A stretch of 64,000 bases of DNA, from NCBI GenBank assembly GCA_000182565.2, contig KQ257454.1; one strand, given 5' to 3'. This document shows, piece by piece, positions 8,578 to 18,613 of the stretch. The first letter of the stretch is position 1; every line of letters begins with the position of its first letter. The notes under the pieces are model-generated. The model worked only from the letters and a program-made list of their open reading frames with translations. It did no database searches and was not told where the DNA came from. The translations under genes were made by a program, and so were the position numbers. The stretch comes from Spizellomyces punctatus DAOM BR117. Lineage: Eukaryota.

Positions 8578-10725
8578 GTACAGCCTGACAGTTGGCTATA
8601 TTCATCTGGGGGAACATCTTTCGAGAATGTAACATCATCTCAGATGAAAGGCATCCTTGATATCGCTACGAATGCTAGTGTAAATACACTTATTTCTGGT
8701 AAACAGAACAACATCACTACATCAACTAATTTGAGTGTTGCTTCAGTTACTTCTAATGGTTATCTAACGGTTCTCAATGCCGCCAATCCAACGTATATGT
8801 CCCTGGTGAACACAGCATCAAATGTGACATGGGGACTTCGAGTCGCAGGTTCTTCAGCAGATGGGGTTTTGTCTGCCGGTGGGTTCAGTTTGAACTGTAG
8901 TGCTAATAACATTGGCTATGTTTTCAAGATTACTAATACTGGTATTACTCAGGTGACATGTACCACGGATTCCTCATCTGCAACAACAGGTTCTCTACAA
9001 GTTGCAGGAGGTGTTGGAATATCGAAGAATCTCTACTGTGGAGGAAGTCTGTACTCCAATAATCTGAAAGTTGCGACTGAAAGTTATGTAGGAACAGCCA
9101 TTGCTTCAAAACAGGCATCAAGTCCGCTCCTAGATTCTATAAGCGGCCTTGTACCAGCAGCGAATTCATTTATCATAGGAAGTTCTGCAACTTCCTTCAC
9201 AGTTAAAAGTCCAGCAGAAGTGAGAGCGATTTTAGGTGTTACTGACGTAGACATTTCAGGGAAACAAAATGCTTCACCATTACTCGATTCTATCTCTTCA
9301 TTGACACCAACGAGTGGAATGTTTGTTATGTCTGATGCCACAGGGTTTGTTCTTCAGTCCACGAGTACGGTGAAGAGCATTTTAAACATTCCTGATTACG
9401 CATCAGACATCTCTACACTGCAAGCAAATGTCTCTACATTGCAAGGGAACGTCTCTACATTGCAATTGACTATTTCAACAAAACAAGATGCTCTCACAAC
9501 TTCTAGTCCATTGTCGGTGGCTACCATCACTTCCAATGATACCACTGATTCAACATCAGCCAGCACTGGAGCACTTCAAGTGAAGGGTGGAGCAGGAATC
9601 GCTAAGAAACTATGGGTTTCTGGTGCACAAATGACCATTCAGAATACTAACTATAGCGTTGGCCAAACCAATACCCTCATGTTCTCACATGCAACTCAGA
9701 ATATATGTTATATACAATCCTATCTCCCAGGTAGCAACAATGTAGACCTAAACTTTTTTGTCGGGTCAAGTAATTCATCCATTCGAAGTATGGTGCTTAA
9801 TGGAGCAACCGGAATCGCCTATTTTGACAGAGGCATAGTGGTGTCAAGTACCACCGATTCCACATCTATAATGACAGGTGCACTTCAGGTTGCAGGAGGA
9901 ATTGGAGTCTCCAAAAACATCTTCGCTGGAGGAGACTTGACCATTGGAAACAATAATGTAAGTGGATTACATTCTCTTGTGGTGAGGAACACAGACACAG
10001 GAACGAATGCTTGTTCGATTTTGTATCTAACTGCATCTGGTGGTTCTTCCGTTCTTTTTATGAATGGAAGTAATCGTTCAGTGGATGGAGGGCAAAATTG
10101 TTTAACTCTTCGTAACGATGTGGGAGCCTTACGCCTTCAATCTCAGGGAGCAAAAGGCATTTACGTTTATCCTAATACAGGTAATGTTGTAGTTGAAAGC
10201 ACCACTCCAGCCTTATTGAGTACAACTGGCGCTTTGGTTGTGAATGGTGGTGTAGCGGTTGGGGCTCATGTGGTTGCTGGAGGAAATTTGTATAGCAATG
10301 GGCCCGTGTACTTGAATGGTCAGGTTTGCACTACTCAAGCATGGGTGTCAACTCAAGTGTTTCCAAAGATTCAAGTTTTCAAACTGTTGACTAAAGATGT
10401 TATCACCACTGGTAGTGGTACAAAGACGTTCTATGTTACTACAGCAGGCCGGGCGTTGATACGCTATACAATCAACTTGCATGGCACCAATAATGCAAAT
10501 GGGACTTTAAATATACATCTCGGAACCAATGTTGGTTCCATGGCGTCAGTCTTTTCCAGTGATTTTAACTATAATGCTGGAGTGAACCGAACAGTTTATG
10601 CCTCATTTATTGTTTCTGGCTTGGTTCCCGATACGGCCTACTTTACAAATTTTGGTGCAGTAAATGCTGCTCCGGACATAAGTACAGACATCACAACGAT
10701 AGAGATTACGGAATTGGGCCCTTAA
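8578..10725 (+). CDS. Fibre/tail-fibre-like repeat protein, 5'-truncated by the Copia-A LTR
   Basis: Frame is open from the LTR edge (VQPDSWLYSSGGTSFENVTSSQMKGIL). Four T(D)STS-TTGALQVAGGVGI-K repeats, two KQ-SSPLLDSIS-L repeats and a heptad (VSTLQxN) coil. Confidence 0.75.
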   Translation, partial: VQPDSWLYSSGGTSFENVTSSQMKGILDIATNASVNTLISGKQNNITTSTNLSVASVTSNGYLTVLNAANPTYMSLVNTASNVTWGLRVAGSSADGVLSAGGFSLNCSANNIGYVFKITNTGITQVTCTTDSSSATTGSLQVAGGVGISKNLYCGGSLYSNNLKVATESYVGTAIASKQASSPLLDSISGLVPAANSFIIGSSATSFTVKSPAEVRAILGVTDVDISGKQNASPLLDSISSLTPTSGMFVMSDATGFVLQSTSTVKSILNIPDYASDISTLQANVSTLQGNVSTLQLTISTKQDALTTSSPLSVATITSNDTTDSTSASTGALQVKGGAGIAKKLWVSGAQMTIQNTNYSVGQTNTLMFSHATQNICYIQSYLPGSNNVDLNFFVGSSNSSIRSMVLNGATGIAYFDRGIVVSSTTDSTSIMTGALQVAGGIGVSKNIFAGGDLTIGNNNVSGLHSLVVRNTDTGTNACSILYLTASGGSSVLFMNGSNRSVDGGQNCLTLRNDVGALRLQSQGAKGIYVYPNTGNVVVESTTPALLSTTGALVVNGGVAVGAHVVAGGNLYSNGPVYLNGQVCTTQAWVSTQVFPKIQVFKLLTKDVITTGSGTKTFYVTTAGRALIRYTINLHGTNNANGTLNIHLGTNVGSMASVFSSDFNYNAGVNRTVYASFIVSGLVPDTAYFTNFGAVNAAPDISTDITTIEITELGP

Positions 10726-10789
10726 AAGGGCTCACAGCGCTTGACTGAGTTTTTGCATAATTAAAAAAAAGAGAGCTAGCAAAGATAGA

Positions 10790-11107
10790 ATGCGACGCAT
10801 GGATATTGAAGGTCATTCGGTATTCAATATCAAGGATGCCGTGAAGGGCGACATGAATACCTTTTGGAGATACTGCGAAAGCATGTTAACTGGTGACAAG
10901 AAAAGAGTCATACTGTATCTTAAAAAAACAGAACAGAATGAACACATATTTAAAGAAATTATGTCGATTGTCCATCTCTCAAAACTGGATGAAATCTGTT
11001 TCCGACAATCTGGGTACTTAGCAATTTTGGATGATTGTGTTCTTTTGGGACATAATTATAATGTAAAGGTATTTGTTTTGGAAATGCGGATTGATGGCTA
11101 CTTTTAA
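10790..11107 (+). CDS. Hypothetical 105-aa protein in the putative viral cluster
   Basis: Intronless ORF 64 bp after the fibre stop, with an A-rich leader; no recognisable motif. Confidence 0.45.
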   Translation: MRRMDIEGHSVFNIKDAVKGDMNTFWRYCESMLTGDKKRVILYLKKTEQNEHIFKEIMSIVHLSKLDEICFRQSGYLAILDDCVLLGHNYNVKVFVLEMRIDGYF

Positions 11108-11180
11108 GAAACAGATATGGCAGCATTGGTTCAGACCAAAAATGAATGCTGCGAGCTAGGCGAATGAACTCCGAAGCGAA

Positions 11181-11216
11181 TTTGCACTGGACTTCATCCG
11201 TGCAAGGGGCGCTGTC
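11181..11216 (-). repeat. Variant copy of the double-hairpin element
   Basis: Minus strand GACAGCGCCCCTTGCACGGATGAAGTCCAGTGCAAA shares GACAGCGCCCCTTG and GGAyGAAGTCCA with copy 1. Confidence 0.65.
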
Positions 11217-12059
11217 AAAAATGGATTTAAAGGGAAGCATGTATGCATGTATGCAATGTGGAGATGTATGCAACCAATGGATACATCGGCAACATATTTA
11301 AAGATGTGCAACTTCTAAGAAAATTTGCTCATTTTGAACTTTTGAATCCCCGGAATTTTTGATACCAAAGCTCCACTCCATCCATCCTCCAAAAATTCAC
11401 TTTGCAAAAAAATCCAAAAAATTGTTACCATAGATGGAGCTGATGCAAAACCCTTCCTGTTCCATTCTGTCGCCCTCTGCAGCACTCGAGGAACTATCAA
11501 TAGTTCCCTTTCTCTTGTATTAACAACAAAGTCTTTATACAGCCCTCTTCCAGGGCCCAATGATGTGCAAAAAATTGTCAACTAGAGCAATCTGGTCAAT
11601 TGGCATTACATGAGGAGGCAACCAATTTGTTTACAAAAACAGACAAAGGCTACAATATATTATTAAAATAACTATTTTTCTGCTGTATACACAATTTTGT
11701 ACATGATCATCCTGCTCCATATTCATTAGCTAGCGAGGATATTCCTTTAGGGAATGAGGAATGATACAGTAGGGAGAATACAAACAGAATGGGCTGGTCT
11801 CTAGTATAGATGTATATCTATTGTATATAAGAACTACTAGAGAATATACCAGTAAGTAGGCAAAATATATTACAAATATATATATGATGCCATGAGATGC
11901 ACCCACATGGTACAGCAGTGAAGCAGCTTAGAGGTCTACAATCTATAACTGCTAACAATAATTAATACTATATCAGTCTTCATTACTCTACCATATACTG
12001 AAACAGTATCCAAAGCTGTAATCTGGACCTTGACTAGGTGCATCTTATGCTCTATGGGA

Positions 12060-15000
12060 TATTGAAACTTAGCGCTTGGAACACTGATTTCCCGTGTAGA
12101 AATCACTTCTGGAAGACCTAGTAATGCCTGTGGCCGCTAGTAAGACTTCTGGGTGCAGTAACTTGTGGGATAACACGGTTGTTTTATTCCAGAGACGTTC
12201 AAAAGTCCCCTTTATATAACCCAGTACATTCTCCAGCCTCCCTCCGCCTTTGTTTACTGTTTACATGCTTCAGCCCACTTGTTTACATGCTCAGCAGTGC
12301 TCAGCAGTGCTCAGCAGCTTCAGCCATGCCTTGGCAAACATTACCTGAAGATCTAGATCATCACAAACCTTCCAGACCTTCTAAGACTGCTTACATGATG
12401 ATTTACCCCTTTAAATCATTCACACACGCGTCTGTGATCATTCTGATCACTCTAAGTCCAATTCCCCACGTTGTAACTTAGCCAAATCAGATGTGAACTG
12501 TCTAATGACATCCCAGCATGATCTCACATGATTTATAGATCATACAGCGTGGTTTAAGCCTGAATCTCAACACTCCCACTCAGTGAATCATCTGATTTCC
12601 AACAGAGACCCATTTTACCACAAAGTTTAAGGTGCTTTGTCTTGGGTAGAGCCTTGGTGAGAATGTCAGCTGTCATTTCTTCTGTCTGACAGTACTTGAG
12701 GCTGATTTTCTTGTCTTCTACTGCTTGTCTGATGAAGTGGTGCCGCACATCAATATGTTTGGTCCTTGCATGATGTGTTGGGTTGTTGGCAAGTGCTATG
12801 GCGCCCTGATTGTCACCATACAATGTTGTAGGACCACTTTGCTGATGTCCTAGCTCGCCTAGGAGTGTTCTGAACCAGATAACTTCCTTGGTAGCTTGAC
12901 AAAGAGCCATGTACTCTGACTCTGTTGATGATAGAGCGACTGTAGGTTGCCTCTTGCTTTGCCAGCTGACTGTGCTGTTGCCAATCTTGACTAAGAAGCC
13001 AGTGGTAGACTTCCTGAAGTCCAAATCACCGCCCCAATCTGCATCAGAGTATGCAGATAGCTCCCACTTGCTCTGAATGCCGCCCAGTTGAAGTCCTAGG
13101 TCTGTGGTGCCCTTCAGGTACCACATGATCCGTTTGACTGCTATCCAGTGCTGATGTCCGGGGTTGGAAAGGTACTGGCTAACTGATCCAACTGCCACTG
13201 CTATGTCTGGTCTGGTGCCCAGCATTGCATAAATGAGACTTCCAACAGCACTTCTGAAAGGAACCCCGTTCATTTCTTGCTGTTCTGCCTCAGTTTGTGG
13301 TGACATGGCCTTGGTGAGCTTGTGGCCATTCTCTAGTGGTGTGGCAACTGGTTTGCTGTTACTCATATTGAATTTCTTCAATGTTTGACTGAGGTACCGC
13401 TGTTGGGAGAGCCAGATTGACCTGTTGACTCTGTCCCTGACCACTTGGATGCCGAGAAAATGCTCTAACTGGCCCATATCAGCCATCTTGAACCGCTTCT
13501 TGAGTTCTTCTTTGAGTTTTAACAACTCCTGGTCGTCCTTTGATGCCAGAATAAGGTCATCCACATACAGGATAAGGTGGATGCCCATCTTCTTGTTGAT
13601 GTACAGCCCGTGGTCTGATTCACACCTTTCAAAGCCAAGTTCTTTGAGTTGCCCGTCAATGACTTTGTTCCAGGCTCTTGGAGCTTGCTTTAACCCATAC
13701 AAACTCTTCTTTAGCTTGCAGACAAGCCCATTTGCCGTGGCAAAGCCTTCTGGTTGGTCCATGTAGATGTCCTCCTCAATGGTCCCATTCAAGAATGCTG
13801 TTTTGACATCCATTTGGTGAATCTCCATGTCCTTCATGGCTGCTAGTGTCAGAACTGTCCTGATGGTTGCAAACTTGACTACTGGGGCAAATGTCTCCTT
13901 GTAGTCCAGTCCTTCAACTTGGGAGTATCCTTTGGCTACCAGTCTGGCCTTGTAGCGCTCTACAGAGCCATCTGACTTGAGTTTCAGCTTGAAAACCCAC
14001 TTGCAGCCAACTGTGGATCTTCCTGGTGGTAGTTTGACTAAGTCCCATGTCTGATTCTCCATCAGAGAGTCATATTCTGCTTTGACAGCCGCCTCCCACT
14101 GTTTGGCATCATGTCTGGTCCTAGCTTCAGCCAGAGTGCTGGGTTCTTCCTGTGGAACTTCCCCAATGGTGAAGGCAAAAGCCAGGTTTGACTGAGTTGG
14201 CTTTGCAATCCACCACTCTCCCGGTGGTTTGTGAAATCTGGCACTCTTCCTGCTGAGTTCTGGCACTTCCTCAGCATCCTGGAAGTCGTCCCCATCATCT
14301 TCTGATGCTGAAGAGTTGTCTGAAGTGATGCTAGATGGTCTCTGAGTCTCTTGAACCATCCCTAGCCCTTCTTGGTCGTCCAAGAACGAAGGCTCCCCTC
14401 CCAGAGGCATCTGTAGCTCTTGGTCTTGCTGTGGTACACTCTGCAGTTGCTGCTGAGTGCTCCACATCAAGTTTTCATCAAAGATGACGTCCCTTGACAT
14501 GACAACTTGGTTCATTTCAGGTACCCACAGTCTGTAGGCCTTACTCTGAGTGCTGTAGCCGACCATGACTGCCTTCTTGGCCTTCTCATCAAGTTTTGAC
14601 CGCTTTTCTTTTGAAATATGAGTGTAGGCCACGCAGCCAAACACTCTGAGATGCTGGAGAGCTGGTTTACCGCCTGTAAACTCTTGAAATGGTGTTGATT
14701 GGTTGCTGAGTGCTGCAGTGGGGCTCCTGTTCCTGAGATAGACCGCTGTCATTATTGCCTCGCCCCAGAACTTGTAGCTGAGTCCACTGTGGTGCAGCAT
14801 GCACCTTCCCATTTCCACCAGCGTCCTGTTCATCCTCTCAGCAACACCATTCTGCTCTGGTGTGTAGGGGGTGCTGAATTGCTGCTGAATTCCCTTCTGT
14901 TTGCAGAATTTCTTGAATTCTTCGCCCACATACTCTCCCCCATTGTCTGATCTGAGAGTTTTGATCTTCTGCCCCGTGAAGTTGGTTGCCCAGGCCTCAA

Positions 15001-17250
15001 ACTCCTTGAATTTGCTGAGAACCTCACTCTTCTCCTTCAGAAGATAGACTGCCGTCATCCTTGACTTGTCATCAATGAATGTGACAAAGTACTTTGCCCC
15101 ACCATGACTTGGTGTCTTCATGGGCCCACACACATCACTGTGAACCACCCCCAGCAGTAGAGCCGCTCTAGCTGCTTCTCCCTTTGGAAAGGGACGCCTG
15201 GTGATCTTTCCAATGGCACAGGCTTCACATGGTGATATTTCTGTGTGATTCTTGACCTCCAGACCGCTTCCCAGCTGGTTCCTAGCCAAGATTTTGATGC
15301 TGTTGACGTTCAGGTGTCCTAACCTGCGATGCCAGAGGTCCAAACTCATTCCAGAGGCTATGTTTGCATGTTCTCTTGCATGAAACATGTATAGACCGCC
15401 GCCTAGAGTTCCCTGGATTGCTTCCTGACCGTCTGAAGTCTTGATACAGCATCCCTTGCTGCCAAACTCAACTTTGGCACCGTTTTCAGTGGCTCTTCTT
15501 ACTGAAAACAAGTTCTTTTCAAGCTTGGGAACAAACCACACGTCTCTGAGGGTACAGAATCGGTTTCTGCCTGTCTCAAGTGTGATCTGGCCCTTCCCTA
15601 TTGCCTGAACTGTTCTGTTGTCCGCCAGATGGACTTGAATTGGTGACATCTCCATGTAATTGGTCATCCAATCCTTCCTGTGTGACATGTGCTGTGAAGC
15701 ACCCGAGTCCACAATCCACCAGACTGCTCCCTGAGAGGTTTTGGTGTCATCTCCCAACTGAGCAAAGAATAGGAACTCATTCTGAGTTGCCTGACTGGTG
15801 CTGGCTTGATTGGCTTGTTGTTTGGTGTCCGCCAGAAACTTCCTGCAGTCCTTCTTGAAGTGGCCTTTCTTGTTGCAATAGAAGCACTTCCCTGCTATCT
15901 TCTTGGTCCCACCATGCTTGCCAACCTTCTGCCCGCCTTCCCTGCTGAAAAAGGCCTTCCCTTTGCTATCTCCTTCACTCCCAGCTTCCTTCCTGCGTGT
16001 TTCTTCATGCAAAAGCCGTGATGTGAGGAATTCCAGCGTCAGAGAATCACTCCTGGCCTCCAAAGACACCACCAGCTGTTCATAACTCTCTGGTAGGCTG
16101 TAGAGTAGGGTGATGACTTGGTCTTCTTCACTGACTGGCGCCCCAATGGCCTCCAACTGCTGAGCCATTGTCCTGACCGTGTTTATGTGTCCCAACATGC
16201 CCCCAGTGCCGTCTTCCATCTTCAGAGTGAGAAATTTCCTCCTTAGATAGAGCCTACTGGCAATTCCCTTCCTTTGGTGGACGTCACTGAGCTTTAACCA
16301 GGCCTCTTTTGCAGTTACAGCGGTCTGTACATGCATGAGTTGGGCATCACTCAGTGACAGAGCAATTACAGCCATTGCCCGCTCATCCCTTCTCCTCCAA
16401 TCCTTCTCAGAGGTTCCCTCCATGCTCTGATCCCCCTCAATAACACCCCACAGCCCCTTTTCCTTCAGCAACATCGTCATTTTGAACTTCCAGAGGTGGT
16501 AGTTCACGCCATTGAACTTTTCCATCGTGAGTTTGGTGTCCAAGTCCGTGTTTGACATGTCTGAGCTGATTTGGTGAGTGGATGTGCTGTTGGAGAAGAG
16601 GTGAAATCGTCCTGGTGTGGTAGGTGGTCCAAATATGAGGTTGGGAAGAAGATAGGTCCGTCAGGAAGATGGTGTGGCCGTCAGAAAAGAGATTTGAAGC
16701 AGGAAAATATCAGTGATAGCTATCAGGGCTCATAACCTATTGAAACTTAGCGCTTGAAACACTGATTTCCCGTGTAGAAATCACTTCTGGAAGACCTAGT
16801 AATGCCTGTGGCCGCTAGTAAGACTTCTGGGTGCAGTAACTTGTGGGATAACACGGTTGTTTTATTCCAGAGACGTTCAAAAGTCCCCTTTATATAACCC
16901 AGTACATTCTCCAGCCTCCCTCCGCCTTTGTTTACTGTTTACATGCTTCAGCCCACTTGTTTACATGCTCAGCAGTGCTCAGCAGTGCTCAGCAGCTTCA
17001 GCCATGCCTTGGCAAACATTACCTGAAGATCTAGATCATCACAAACCTTCCAGACCTTCTAAGACTGCTTACATGATGATTTACCCCTTTAAATCATTCA
17101 CACACGCGTCTGTGATCATTCTGATCACTCTAAGTCCAATTCCCCACGTTGTAACTTAGCCAAATCAGATGTGAACTGTCTAATGACATCCCAGCATGAT
17201 CTCACATGATTTATAGATCATACAGCGTGGTTTAAGCCTGAATCTCAACA
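12060..17250 (-). mobile_element. Intact Ty1/Copia LTR retrotransposon family B
   Basis: 513-bp near-identical LTRs at 12060-12572 and 16738-17250; TSD TGGGA on both sides; PBS GGTTATGAGCCCTG; PPT TGAGTGGGAG; single 1334-aa ORF. Confidence 0.97.
12554..16558 (-). CDS. Copia gag-pol polyprotein (Copia-type Gag, CCHC, PR, IN, RT, RNase H)
   Basis: [68 protein letters not shown]; uninterrupted. Confidence 0.96.
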   Translation of the reverse strand: MSNTDLDTKLTMEKFNGVNYHLWKFKMTMLLKEKGLWGVIEGDQSMEGTSEKDWRRRDERAMAVIALSLSDAQLMHVQTAVTAKEAWLKLSDVHQRKGIASRLYLRRKFLTLKMEDGTGGMLGHINTVRTMAQQLEAIGAPVSEEDQVITLLYSLPESYEQLVVSLEARSDSLTLEFLTSRLLHEETRRKEAGSEGDSKGKAFFSREGGQKVGKHGGTKKIAGKCFYCNKKGHFKKDCRKFLADTKQQANQASTSQATQNEFLFFAQLGDDTKTSQGAVWWIVDSGASQHMSHRKDWMTNYMEMSPIQVHLADNRTVQAIGKGQITLETGRNRFCTLRDVWFVPKLEKNLFSVRRATENGAKVEFGSKGCCIKTSDGQEAIQGTLGGGLYMFHAREHANIASGMSLDLWHRRLGHLNVNSIKILARNQLGSGLEVKNHTEISPCEACAIGKITRRPFPKGEAARAALLLGVVHSDVCGPMKTPSHGGAKYFVTFIDDKSRMTAVYLLKEKSEVLSKFKEFEAWATNFTGQKIKTLRSDNGGEYVGEEFKKFCKQKGIQQQFSTPYTPEQNGVAERMNRTLVEMGRCMLHHSGLSYKFWGEAIMTAVYLRNRSPTAALSNQSTPFQEFTGGKPALQHLRVFGCVAYTHISKEKRSKLDEKAKKAVMVGYSTQSKAYRLWVPEMNQVVMSRDVIFDENLMWSTQQQLQSVPQQDQELQMPLGGEPSFLDDQEGLGMVQETQRPSSITSDNSSASEDDGDDFQDAEEVPELSRKSARFHKPPGEWWIAKPTQSNLAFAFTIGEVPQEEPSTLAEARTRHDAKQWEAAVKAEYDSLMENQTWDLVKLPPGRSTVGCKWVFKLKLKSDGSVERYKARLVAKGYSQVEGLDYKETFAPVVKFATIRTVLTLAAMKDMEIHQMDVKTAFLNGTIEEDIYMDQPEGFATANGLVCKLKKSLYGLKQAPRAWNKVIDGQLKELGFERCESDHGLYINKKMGIHLILYVDDLILASKDDQELLKLKEELKKRFKMADMGQLEHFLGIQVVRDRVNRSIWLSQQRYLSQTLKKFNMSNSKPVATPLENGHKLTKAMSPQTEAEQQEMNGVPFRSAVGSLIYAMLGTRPDIAVAVGSVSQYLSNPGHQHWIAVKRIMWYLKGTTDLGLQLGGIQSKWELSAYSDADWGGDLDFRKSTTGFLVKIGNSTVSWQSKRQPTVALSSTESEYMALCQATKEVIWFRTLLGELGHQQSGPTTLYGDNQGAIALANNPTHHARTKHIDVRHHFIRQAVEDKKISLKYCQTEEMTADILTKALPKTKHLKLCGKMGLCWKSDDSLSGSVEIQA

Positions 17251-17449
17251 TGGGAGAATTGTGATTATGCTGTTGCCCTCTAGATTGATAGGGAAGAGGC
17301 TGGATGTGTTATATGAATAAGATTGGGCTAGAACAGAAAAAACTGGCACTGCCACCAGGAAGAAGGATGAGGAACCAATGTATTTCTTATGGTAGAAGAT
17401 TTAAAGAGATATGAACAGGGAAAAAGTTATACAAGGTAAAGCATATGTC

Positions 17450-17885
17450 TATTAAACTTAGTACTTAGAACACTGATTTCTCACATAAAAATCTGAAAAG
17501 CCTAGTAGAAATCCCAGTAAACCATGGTAACTTTTCCAGGTGCTGAAAATGGGCAGATAGTACTTGTATATTATACTTGGGGCTTAATAAAGTCCCCTTT
17601 ACATAGCCCAGTATGAATCAGCCTCCTGCTGCCTTTGTTTACTATTAACCTATCCAAGTATTCATCAGCCATACTCAGCAACACTTACCATCTTCAGCTG
17701 TGCCTTGGTAAACCTTTCCTAATGATCTAGACCATGTCTGTAATCTTCTTATGCTTAAAGTCCATATCCCTCATATTCTGACTTCACCAAATCAGCTGTC
17801 CAATGCTTAGCAATATTCCAGCATGCTCTCACATAGTTTACAGATCATGTACCATCATTGTGTTGAGTTTTAATAAATCTCAACA
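17450..17885 (-). mobile_element. Old diverged solo LTR related to Copia-B
   Basis: TATTAAACTTAG...GAACACTGATTT start and ...ATCTCAACA end, with internal AAAGTCCCCTTT and GCCTTTGTTTAC blocks. Confidence 0.7.
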
Positions 17886-18219
17886 TTGAGACTTGCAGGA
17901 ATATTTGTAAAGGCAACTGAGTATAACTGAGGTTTGTTTGGGTACATTTGTTCTGATCTGGAGAGCAGAACAACAAGCAAATGCAGAGGGAGGCTGAATG
18001 TTTCCACATCCCAAGATCAATGCCCAGGTCATATTACAACAGCCCATTGGTATCCTAGGCTGGGGACAAAACTCTTTAACAACAGATTACACCCTTCCAA
18101 TCTTTCACAGGTGGGGTATCAAATCTCAGGTATCTGCTCATGTTGGGCTGCATACCTTCTGCACACATATGCAAAAAAAAATGGCCCAAGGTTGAAGAGA
18201 AGGCCAATAAAGTAGCTAT

Positions 18220-18613
18220 TGTAATGTAATAACTCTCAAAGTCAGTTGTATTAGTTTAGACTTAGAGGTCCTCAGTGTCAACCTATACTAGTCCAAAAAT
18301 CAGCAGGACATGTGTCTGTGACTACTGGATTGCTGGATCTTGTCCTCCCCAGAACAAATATAGTAGTATATATATTTATTTGCATGGTAAATCAAGAGAC
18401 TAGGTTGTGCTGACAAATTTGTGTACATAGCCTGGTGCATTGTGATTGGTGCTAGGTAGCATAAATAGTTTGCCACTGCCTTGTCAGCATATCCCTGGCA
18501 GTTTTGCCTCTGAAAGGGAGTGTTTTTACAAGCCCTCAATAACAACCAACTCAGCTCTCAGGTCTTTTCTTTGTCCCCATCTTCTTATCCCTACTGCTAT
18601 TGTTAAAGTTATA
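18220..18613 (+). mobile_element. Diverged Gypsy LTR fragment similar to 24555-25017
   Basis: Shared blocks AACCTATA-TAGTC-AAAAAT, ATTTATTTGCATG, TTTGTGTACAT, CTCAATAACAACCA, CTGCTATTGTTA. Confidence 0.65.

Larger units (their letters stand above)
1..11300 (+). mobile_element. Putative endogenous DNA virus segment (Polinton-like virus/virophage/NCLDV-type), interrupted by a gap and LTR elements
   Basis: Intronless co-oriented ORFs with 60-90 bp AT-rich spacers, unlike the intron-rich host genes. Fibre-like protein, NPxTG motif, and the same hairpin repeat at 878, 1043, 1545 and 11181. No capsid, ATPase or polymerase gene is visible in this window, and both boundaries are approximate. Confidence 0.65.

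Noticed and set aside
11221-11301. Tiny ORF MDLKGSMYACMQCGDVCNQWIHRQHI with CxxC/His pattern
   Set aside because: Only 26 aa and overlapping an ATGTATGC microrepeat; insufficient support.
11310-11600. Possible terminal inverted repeat of the viral element
   Set aside because: No partner repeat within the window, so it cannot be supported.
12288-12325. TGCTCAGCAG 10-bp tandem repeat as a possible CRISPR-like array
   Set aside because: No spacers; it is a short tandem repeat within the LTR of a eukaryotic retrotransposon.
12179-12481. Repeated 64-100 aa ORFs (also at 16857, 19258, 23937, 25379)
   Set aside because: They lie inside Copia-B LTRs, antisense to the element; recurrence simply reflects LTR copies.
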